Positions 39,042 through 49,600 of a stretch of 64,000 nucleotides of DNA are shown one piece after another. Position 1 is the stretch's first letter; each line of letters starts with the position of its first letter. The notes below the pieces were generated by a model that ran no database searches, was not told where the DNA came from, and saw nothing but the letters and a program-made list of their open reading frames with translations. The translations under genes were made by a program, and so were the position numbers. This stretch comes from Amoebophrya sp. A120 (Eukaryota; Protista; Dinoflagellata): positions 8,454,882 to 8,518,881 of the forward strand of contig CAJINV010000004.1 in the NCBI GenBank assembly GCA_905178155.1. The letters are read 5' to 3'.

Positions 39042-41719
39042 CTATTTATTTCCGACCAAGGCGTCGCTGAACTGCTTGATCTGCGCCACGGAAACCCTGC
39101 AGCTACCAAATGCAAATATGTCTGGGTCTGGAAGAGTCATGCTGCTTTTGCATGTATGACACAGGAGGTCTGGCATGGAAGCTCTAGCATCACAGGTTTC
39201 GAGAAGCTCTCGCAATGCCGAATCCGCATGACAAATGCCCCACTTTGGTGACAGAAAGTGGGCACCTTTTGCTACCTATGCATGAGAGACTTTTATGTGT
39301 TGCGAGATGCGCATCACAAGTTGGCACTCTTCCAGACGCAGACATATTTGCAACGCATAGCAGCACCCTCCGATCAGCGACGCGCCGGCTTGGTGAAACG
39401 CCACGGCGTCCGTGCCGTCCAAAACCTTCATGTGGTCGCCGTCGTGCCAGCACCGGTGGCATCAAATGCAAACATGTCTGGGTCTGGGGGCGTGGAAGCT
39501 TGTCATGCCGATTTTCCATGGCCCACGAGGTCGTCTGGAATACAGGACCTGGCATGACAGATACTGTGAATCTCTACCATGCCTGTCCTGCACCAGAAAC
39601 TCCCTCTCAACTTGGTCATCAAAAGTGGACAACTGTTGGCAGTCATGCACCACAGACTTTTACAAGGTGTAGACTTTTTAGCATCACAAGTTCTTGTCTT
39701 CCAGACCCAGACATATTTGCAATGCATAGTTGCCCCTCCGCGGCGTTCCACACTTCCCCGCTGTTGGGGTACACCGCGATGGGGAGCGAGGTGGTCTGCC
39801 GCAGTTTACTCACCAGGCCGGGGGCAAAGCTGGAGGCGTGGGCGGGTTTTGGAAAAGATACGGCAAGAAAATGAGTTGGTTGTAAAAATCTACGTAGACA
39901 AATCTGGAAGCAACATCGGAAGAAAAAAACAAAGCCAAGATCGGTCAACGTCCTGCAGTGCTTTTTGAAAAATCGTTTACTTTCATCTTGTATGGAATGC
40001 AAAAGCATCGTACTAGCAGTAATTGCAATACAAACTCGCTCAGCATGAAAGATGGAATTTGTCATGCTGGTTAGCCTTAGGAACGAGATTTGTAATGCAT
40101 GACTGCAATTACTACGAGTACGATACTTCTGCAGAGGATATCTTACCATGGATTTATGCAGTTGACCCCAATGGCGTGGACATGCGAAATATCAAATGTA
40201 AAAATGTCTGGGTCTGGAAACTTGTAATGCTGGGTGGCGTCTCATGATGAGGCCACAAATGCTGGCTTAGCATGACAAGTTTCTGAGCTTCTAGGTGTTG
40301 CCTATCCTGCATGACAAACTGCGTTTCTGCATCACAGAAAAACAGGGCTCTTGGATAACGCGCATTACAGATTTAAGACTCATGCCAGACAAGCATGACA
40401 AACATGCGTTCTTCCAGACCCAGACATTTTTGCATTTGATACGAAAAGGGTTCCAACGCCTTCGCGCAGTCCTCAATCGTTTCCCCCGAGTTCGTAACTT
40501 TGTCGTCCGGACACCAGTATCAACTGCAAATGTCTGGGTCTGGAAGAATGCCAGGCTTGTAACGCAGGTTCTCCATGACCCATGACGTCTGGCATGTGGG
40601 ACATAGCATCACAGATTCTGTGAGACGCGCACGAATTCTATCTTGCTTATCCTGCATGAGAAACTGCCTCGCGATTAGGTCAAAAGTGGAAAGCTTTTGG
40701 TAATCATGCAACACAGATTTTTGCATGATTCAGATGTAGCATGACAAGTTGCTTTGTTCCAGACCCAGACATATTTGCATTTGATAAGCAGAAAGACACC
40801 AACAAGGGAAGATCAAAAGCCGCGCTCTCCTCCGCCGCAACCAGGGCCTCGCGGGAACCGGCGAGGGTCTCGACGGAAAAACCGTCCACGCCAGCCTAAG
40901 TAGTTGTTGTATAGAGCGGGTTTAAAATCATCTGTGATGTAATTCTTTTAACTGCACAGAAGGAAATTTACCGTTCTTGTCTTTGTCGTTCGTACAAACA
41001 TACGTTCACTCAGATTGCGATGCAACTACATCAAACAACAATCTTCATACGACCAGAAGTTGATGTACCTTTTTCAGCATCCCGAGTTTCTGTCGGTAAT
41101 ATGTCCGCATGCGAATCTCCATTTCGCTACCATCGGACCTCGTGTTGGGATCTGTCGCCCCGACAAAAAGCATGGTGGAGTCGCGACAGGGTCCGACGCT
41201 GCCGAAGACCAAGGGCTTGACACTTTCGTCTGATATTTCGGCTGTTGCAGGCGGCTTGGATGCCTCATTACTGAGGGCAGTAGTGGTACTTGTAGAAGCA
41301 GTTTTCACTGCAACTGCTCCCGACCAATACTCGTCTCTTGCGTCTTTCGCTGCCTGGATGGATCGTTGAAACAACATTTCCGTATGCGATTCCAGCTCTT
41401 CTTCCCTCGCGCACTTTTCCTCCATGTCGTTCAGCATACCCCGCTTCCAGCACTCCTTGACGAGCTCCAGGGACAATTTGTACGACAAGGTCCCTATCAC
41501 TTTCGCGCCGGCGTTCAAAAAGTCTAAATGCACCTTCTTCAATGCCGGTAAACCACCGTCGAGGTTGTACAATAGCTGATGACCCCACAAGAAATGCTTC
41601 TCCGCGTTGTTGGGGAGAGACGTGGTGAGGCCGCCGTCCAGAATGCAAGCACCGTATTTGGTCAGAAACGGTTGAAAGCAGTTGGACGCACTGCGGTGGG
41701 GAGCGAAAGACGGCTTCAT
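39042..41719 (-). CDS. HMT: Homocysteine S-methyltransferase
   Basis: ILDGGL, VHLDFLNAGA, ETL, IGVNC, IAVYPNSGE and GASLIGGCCR motifs recovered after removing introners and GT-AG introns (e.g. 39830-40146). Confidence 0.9.
39104..39359. mobile_element. Introner, family A
   Basis: DR gcagc; splits the GGCC-R motif. Confidence 0.9.
39460..39728. mobile_element. Introner, family A
   Basis: DR ggtgg/gttgc; join in frame. Confidence 0.85.
39991..40140. mobile_element. Family C element nested in a canonical intron
   Basis: DR tcttg/tctta; lies 6 nt inside a GTAAGA donor. Confidence 0.85.
40190..40441. mobile_element. Introner, family A
   Basis: DR cgaaa; very similar to 17094-17345. Confidence 0.92.
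40518..40786. mobile_element. Introner, family A
   Basis: DR accag/agcag. Confidence 0.9.
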
Positions 41720-42650
41720 TGTGATTGTATGTTAATATTGTGAACACAGTGTAGATCAAAGAACCGGCTTCAAAAACAAGTAGTTCTGAAGCTGGAATAA
41801 AGCGAAACGGAGACCTGCTTAACCTGACACGACGTCGAGAGGAGCTAGGAAATAATCATCTTTTGATTATTAAACGATGACGGTCTTCACTACATCTGGA
41901 TTCACCCTTAGTTGAAAGTGGCATGGCAGTTTAAGTTTTAATCATGCGGTGACGATACATGAATCAGAGAAACTACTGCCACACGCTTCCGGGCTTTTGG
42001 GATCGTGATCAGTGTCAGCCGAATTATAAATCGATGCAACACAAAGACAAACTGCACGGAAGAAAGCACGGTTCTAATTTGTGAACACTAGAAGAACACT
42101 TAAGCCTCTGGCACCTCATTCACATATGCTTAAGCTTATGCACTTTCACCAGGACGCGCATTAATCTTAATTCCCTCCAGTTCCGAAAATTATGTTTTCG
42201 TGCGTGGCTCTATACACCCCTCGCAATTTCGCAGTTGCAAAATCTGACTCGTGTATCTATGAGTGGTATGAGATGGTACTTGGTACTGGTTTGTTTCAAA
42301 AAAATGCTCTGACCACGAAAATGAATCATGGCTTTACTTTGAAAAAAATCCTGTCTGCTGTACATCGAATAAAAACTGAAACCCGTTGTTATCAAAACGC
42401 GTAACGTATAACATTGTGTGAGATTGCAAAAAAACTTTCTCCCAAAAACGATGATGTAAACGGATGGCGTCGTGCGCTCAAGGTTTCTTGGAATTATCTG
42501 TTCTTTTGGTTGATTTCTGATTTAGTTTTTAAGTGGATCTTTTAAGTAGCAGAAGTTCATTCTTGTGCTCAATGAATACAAACGGCTGAGCCTGAACTAC
42601 CTCAAGGACGATTTAAAAAAAAAGTAAACAGTATCTCGCCAATATTTTCC

Positions 42651-45600
42651 CTAGTACGTCATGTTCAAAAAAACCAGAACAGCCATAAATATCCCCAAGT
42701 AGCCCCTCATCATGAACGACAAACCCGACCCGCCTCCCCCACGCTTGAAACTCCACGCGGCACTGCAGTTGGCGTCGCACACCTTGTGCAGCCTGACGGG
42801 TTCGATGGTAGCCATGGCGGAGGTATGAAAGGGAAAGTAGGAGCAGGGTTGTAGTCCTCAAGCGGATAAGGATCACGCTCACGACACTGGTTTAATATGG
42901 TGCATCAAAATTGAACAACGGACGTTGGCACGACGTCACATTATGCAATACTGTCGAGCTCTCATCTTCTCCTCAACAGACATGCATCCCAAGAACCACA
43001 TGCTATCTCCATGCTTTCCCCTTTCGTACGCGTCTGCAAAAAAGTTTCCGTGGGTTCGTTCGTTCGTGTAGTCCGTTGGGTGAATGGGTACCTGTGATGT
43101 TTTTTTTTTCTTTCCTTTTTCCAATATACGACTATGCAAATAGTGCTATAATTTTGGCTCTCACACGACGACAAATCGTCGAACTCATGATCCTGCAAAG
43201 CCTGCAACTGCATGGTGTCAAAGAAGCCAATCAGAAATATCATAATACCCCAAAGAAGTCCAGTGGCCGCTTGACCATTTCTTCGCACATCTCCTTGAAC
43301 GCAGCGACACAGGCCTCGCTCTGCTCCTTGGCACACGCCATACGGCATTTCAGTTGATCGCATGCGTCCGCGCCGCGCTTGCAGTCGAGCAGGGTTATCA
43401 GGTGGAAAGAAGGATAAGGTACGAAGCACAGCATTGATTAGTTTTGCCTGGATGTGGATTGCACTTTCAGTTTCACATCAAAAATGGCAGCTGCATAAAC
43501 TGCCCTTGCTAGTGCCGCTAGCGGCACGCACACCCACACCACAGAAGAACCACAATTAGCATAGTGCTGTGCCTTTGTCCTACTGTTTTCCATGCGATTA
43601 TCGTAACAAAAAACTGCTTCACTGTAAAGATTTTGCACTACAATCCGCAAATCACAAGAAGTACAGTACACATGCCAAAGAAAATGTGCCATGCGAAAAT
43701 CCTGAAGAGTAAGACACGTCGGGTAAACAGACCCTTTGATGTAGTTGCATTTCCAGCAAGACAGGCACAACTTGTGTGTTGGTTGCAGATTTATTTGCAT
43801 CACGAGTTCACAGTAAAACAGTTTTTTCTCCCCATAGCGATAAGACAGTGCTCGAGCTCCTTCTCGTCACAGGCGTGGCGCCACCTGAAAAGGAATTTTT
43901 TTTCAATTTTCCAATGAAGATTCTGCATCACAAATTTCAAGGTCCGTAGCATCATGCAGCTGCACCTGCAGCAAAGAAACCGCATGACAACATCCAACAT
44001 AAAAATCGTGAGAAACCATGTGCAAAAGAAATACGGTGAAGGCAAGCAGTATGGATTGCAAAAGTGTCTGGGTCTGGAAGATTGCAACTTGTAATGCTGT
44101 CTTTGGATTCAAAAAAAATCTGTATTGCATGACCAGCACAAGGACTCCAGTTTGTGCTACGCGGAGAGGGCATTTCTCATGCGGACTAGGCATTAGAAAG
44201 CTCTCTAAAAATCTGTGTTGCTAGATCATGCATTACAGGCATCAGGCATCATGCAAAAAATGCATGACAAACCTTGCATCCTTCCAGACCCAGACATTTT
44301 TGCAGTTCATAAGCAGCGGTCGTTCGTATAGTCGGCCTCGCCCTCGGTGATATCCGAGAAAAAAACGTATCAGTGCAACTTTTTGTTGCAGTCTATGCAT
44401 AACAAGAGCAAAACAATTAGACCTGTCATGCTGGCTATGCATTATGTTCATGGGCTAGTTCTTTCCTACGCGTTCTTTTCGTGTTCGTGAGCTAGCTACG
44501 CATGAGTGGTAGCAAGAACATTCCCAGTGATGCAAAACAAGTTTCTTGTGACGCATTTAACAAGAAGAAGAAGGTATAATTACACGTAGTATTAACACAG
44601 TTTTTTTCTCCTCATCTCGTACCTGGGACACGTCAAACACTCGCGTTCGTGAGATGCGCGCGGCAAACTGATTTTTGGGGTGTCCACCACCTTGCGCTCC
44701 GCATAGCTCAGGCGCTGCGTCTTCGGGCACTCGTGAAAGTCGTCGCAACCGGCACAGTAGTCGCCACGCGAGATATAGAAGGCGAGGGTGACGGCCATCG
44801 CGGAAGGAAGGAGAGCTTCTGGCAACAATTCCAACTTTCTTTTTTGATGTGAACAAATCATGCAGATGAAACAGGCAAGTGTTGCTGGCTAAGCATAATT
44901 ATGCCAATGGCATGCTTGTCTATTGCATGAAAAATTCCTCTCGCGGACGGCTTTAATTCATTATTTCCGTCGATACTCACAGGGCAGGCACTCGAATTCG
45001 CCGCGCAGGGAGAGCTGGAGTGTCCGGTTATTTTCCCGCGTCGAAAAAGACCTTGTGAAGCAGCTCGCCCATTCGCACTTTATGCACTGCAAAAGTATCG
45101 CGCTCGTAGTAATTGCTATCATGCATGACAAATCTCTTTCCCAAGGTAAAACAGCATTACAAATTTCATTTGTAATGCTAAGTGAAATTGTAATGCAATT
45201 CATACTAGTACGATACTTTTGCAGTGCATACACTCGTGGCAGCAGCGGAAGTACCCTTTGGGGCAGACCGGCTGGAAGCACACGTCTCGGTTGGTGAGCG
45301 GGTCCTTTCTGCGGCACTCGCAGTCGTATCAAATGCAAATATGTCTGGGTCTGGAAGATTGCCAGGTTTTTGTCATGCTGTTTTTGCATGACACAAAATG
45401 TCTGTCACGGAAGCCCTAGCATCACAGATTTCGAGAAGCTTCCGCATTGCTGAATCCGCATGACAAATCCCCCACTTTGGTGACAGGAAGTGGGCACCTT
45501 TTGCTGCCTATGCATGAGAGATTTGTCTGTGTTGTGAAACGCGCATCACAAGTTCGCAGCCTTCCAGACCCAGGAGACACATTTGCAATGTATAAGTCGT

Positions 45601-45761
45601 CTTCCGGCTTCGTGATGGACTTCAGCAGGGAGAGCGCAGCAGAGCCCGCGGCGGCGAAGGAAGTAGAGGAAAACAAATCGGGTTGCGGGTAGAAGGTGAT
45701 GAAAAACAGAATGATATTCCGCACGTCATTGCGGACGGCACGAGGACCCCCACCGCGCATC
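42651..45761 (-). CDS. Cys-rich secreted, possibly GPI-anchored protein
   Basis: Joined exons read EDDCECRRKD...CFQPVCPKGYFRCCHECEWASCF, CAGCDDFHEC, CDQLKCRMAC and a final CDANCSAAW...LGIFMAVLVFLNMTY*. Several internal introns are not resolved. Confidence 0.6.
44050..44311. mobile_element. Introner, family A
   Basis: DR agcag. Confidence 0.92.
44351..44615. mobile_element. Decayed family E introner
   Basis: tatccgagaaaaaaac...acacagtttttttctc; DR not clear. Confidence 0.6.
45081..45230. mobile_element. Introner, family C
   Basis: DR cactt/cactc. Confidence 0.9.
45327..45594. mobile_element. Introner, family A
   Basis: DR agtcg. Confidence 0.92.
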
Positions 45762-46684
45762 TTCAAAAACTTGTGTGAGGATGGAGAGAACTTTTTGCTG
45801 CTTCGGAGTAATACTACGTGTAATCTGTAGTCGCAAAACTGGGAGCGACCCGGGCTCCACCAGCGGGAAAGATCAAAAACGGCGCCGGAGCTAGTACTTG
45901 TTATCTCCGCCAGTGCGCGCCGCCGTCGCCTCTATGAGGATGACTAGGTAGCAATACTATCGACCGCGGCGGCAGGCTAATACATTTTTCCTCCTTGCGT
46001 AAGTGCTGACCTCAGGGTCATCCGGGTCACAACTCGGAAGCTGCATAGGTGTACTAGAAGTCCTCAGCTTCGTTCAAAGCGAAGTCCAAGCCCGCAGAGG
46101 AGAAAGTCGCCAACGTCCGCGCCGTCCCGGGGGCTAGCATCTTGATACACCGGACAATCCCTTTCAAGACAACACCGAATTCTAAGTACCAAGGGATGTT
46201 TATTTGGTAGTACCGCCAGAAAAAGTAAAAGCCCGCCCCAGCGGTGTGGAAGAACAAACGGCGCAGCACTTTATTTTTGTGTGAGCCCATCTACTTGTAC
46301 ATTTACCACCACCTCTCACTCTTTTGTAGTTCTACCGTTATTTATTACGGCGTGCTTCTGCAAGAGCTTTCTCTCGTCTCGCGCCCCGCTCACAGCCACA
46401 CGTCTCACACCGCTTGTGGTTGGCCGGTCGTTGGAAAGAACACAGATCACGCCCCGCTGTGGAAGTCGTGTTTTCAACAGCTTTCAGAAGAGTACTATGT
46501 CGCGGCCATTTTAATTTTCATTTTGTGCAAAAATGATTAAAAAACGGTTTATCTATTTGATCTGTGACGTGTCCATTTCTGAACCAACTGTCAACCGAAT
46601 CCAAAGGCAGCGCACCATCTTCGAGGTCACAAGACATCATGTTCTTCTGTCCGGCACAGCAGACTCATCATGTTTACAGTACGC

Positions 46685-49600
46685 CTAGTAATCCTCCTCG
46701 CCTTCATCCCCGTAGCTCTGACCGTAGTCATCGGGCCTTCGCTTCTTCTGTAGGTGCGTGAAAGCGGCGAATGCGCCGCCGACTGTGAGCACGCCCAGCA
46801 CCACGCCGAGGCCGATGTATAACTGTGCGGAGCTCTTACTCTCCTCTGGTGCCGGTTTAGGCTTTGGTGGCGGGTCGCACGCGTCTTTCGCTTCCGAGAA
46901 AACCGGTCCGCAGCTCTGGGGTGGGGACGTTTTTACACAGGATAGCATGCCGGCTCCTCCACGCAGAGCTGCAAGCACTGGTCAGGCGTGGTGTCTTTGA
47001 AAGCGTCCGAACTCCGCCCGACCGTTCGGTTCGTCAGGTTCTTCGCGCGGAGCACGTACTCGTTCACGTGCACCCCCCGCAAGGGTCGAGTGCATAAACT
47101 TTTGTACTTGTCAGTGACTTCGGGAAAGGGAAAAACGAGCCAGCTGCGCGTGTCGTTGTACGTGAAAACGTTCTGGACCGACGCGAAGTAGCCGATCGGG
47201 TATCCTACGCAAAAACGTCCCCACCCCAGACTCAAAATGGGGAATCTGCTAGACAAATCCACCAGCTATGGTTGTTGCGCACGCCAAGTTCTTTTGCCCC
47301 GTAGTGTAAAAATCCTGTTTCGCTCGTTCAGCAGCATCACAGATCTAGCCTGTGATGCTGATTGGAGCATTACAAATTTTTAAACGCGACTAGAAGATGC
47401 TTCGTATGGGGCGGCCCCGCATGAGAAACATTGTGATCCTGATCATGCAGTTTTGCTGCATGACAACTCTGGGGTGGGGACGTTTTCACATAGGATATCG
47501 GGCCCTCGTTGATCAGTTCGAACGTCCAGCACGGTTTGTGCTCCAACCCAATCTGGTTCGCTATGGATTGCAAAAATGTCTGGGTCTGGAAGGTTGCAAC
47601 TTGTGATGCTGCATTTGGATTCTAAAAGAATCTGTATTGCATGACCAGCAAGACGAGTCCAGTTTGTGCTACGCGGGAAGGGCAGTTGTCATGCGAAATA
47701 GGCATCAGGAAGCCATCTAAAAATCTGTCATTCTAGCTCATGCATTACAGGCATCATGGGTCATGCTAAATATGCATCACAAACCTGGCAATCTTCCAGA
47801 CCCAGACATATTTGCAGTTAATATCCGCACGGAAGTCACAAAAGTAGTCCTTCGTGGGTCCGGGGGTGTCGGCCGGGCCCCCGTCGAACTGCGGCGCGAT
47901 GATGCAGTCGTGGTCCGCGTGCTTCGTTCCGCGGTCTATGGTAAATTGTAACGTCGAGCCCGGCGGAAGTTGCCACTTTGTGATCTTCTGTTTCGGCACC
48001 ACATCAGGCCCGGCGGGGTCGTCCCAGAAGGCTTCCTCGTCTGGCGTGGGAGCGCCCGGGGGGATCTGTAACAGCATAAACCCCGTCTCGTGCAGCTCAA
48101 ACGGCATGTTGAACTTGCTTTTCCGGAGTTTGCGGATCACAAACCCAGTCGGCGTTATCGAGAACGCTGCCTTGTCGAAAAGCACTTCCCTTCTCGCACG
48201 AAAAAAGAGAAGCCAGGACGACAAAAAAAAGCACGATGAAATAAAATACGAATGTTGGTGTTCAAGTTCGTGTTGCCAGTCAGTAAAAAATGCAGAATAT
48301 GTACAAACAGTTACTACACCAACACGAGCGTTGTACGAGGGTCTGCCTTACTTTACGCACGAGATGAAAACCTAGCACGACTAAATTTGACAGCGATTGT
48401 TCCAACTCATCAGCACGATGGATTCCTGATGGTTTATGAAATGTAAAAATGTCTGGGTCTGCAAGAGTGCATGTTTGTCATGCTTGTCCGGCATGACTCT
48501 TAAATCTGTCATGCACGTTACCCAAGGGCCCCACTTTTCTGTCATGCAGAAACCGAGTTTGTCATGCAGAATAGGCAACACCTAGAAGCTCAAAAATTTG
48601 TCATGCTGTGCCAGCACTTGTGGCCTCCTCATGATACGCCACCCAGCATCACAAATTTCCAGACCCATACATATTTGCAGTTCATAGTAAATCGATCGCC
48701 GCCTTCGCGGTGTCCGGTTGGTCCAAAAAACACACCGTTTTGATCGTGGTCGCCACTAACGTCGTGTCCTGGTAGTGCACGGAGAGAGACAGACTCGGTG
48801 CGGTGGACATGGAGGCGAGATTTTGGGTGGCTTTTTCGAAGTCCGGGTTGCCGATGATGTCGTCGTTGTGACTGGGGAGGGGTAGGGTCAGTGGCGGGTC
48901 TTCGTGTTTCTCCACCAGGTTCTTCACGAATTTTTGGAAAAAGGACTCGATCTTGGGCGGTGTCGTGCTGGTATTCGGTGCACCAGGAGCAGTCTATCCT
49001 GAGTAAAAAAGTCCCCGCCCCAGAATCAACAAGATGGGAAATCTGCTAGACAAATCAACAAGATTTGGTTGTTGCGCATGACAAGATTGGGCTCGTAGTT
49101 TGCTCCTCTTAGCTTCTGCAGCAGCATCACAGATCGATTAGTACGTGATGCTTCTTCCAGCATCACAAACTCTAGCGTGGGGACGTTCTTACTCAGGATA
49201 CAGTCCTCCTCTTCTTCATCCTGGAGGTTCGGCTGTCGTTTTCCGGGTGTTTTTATGAGAGTGCACAACCCCCCCTCCCCCTCATTTGTCATGCAAAATC
49301 CCAATTCTACCTTTTTCCTGTTAGCACTTTTTGCAGGACAGATTCCGAAAGCCAAAACCGCACTACAAGCGAAAGTCGCACGCGTCTTTCGCTTCCGAGA
49401 AAACCGGTCCGCAGCTTTCGTACATTGAACGCACGCGTCCGAGAGCAGGCGGATGCAAGGCAGTAAATCACGGATAGCCCACGGAGGCGATGGTCCCGGC
49501 CGAGGCGGGACGCAAGGCAGTAAATCACGGATTGATACGCAGAAGAAGTGTTGTGTCTGCCCTGCAAAAACGCAAGATCTAAATTTGATGATCGCGAAAG

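Noticed and set aside
46914-49368. Pure assembly artefact
   Set aside because: Three of the four fragments differ from their sources by substitutions or indels, one keeps an intact TAT end where the source has TCT, and a second insert of the same design exists. Not fully excluded without reads.
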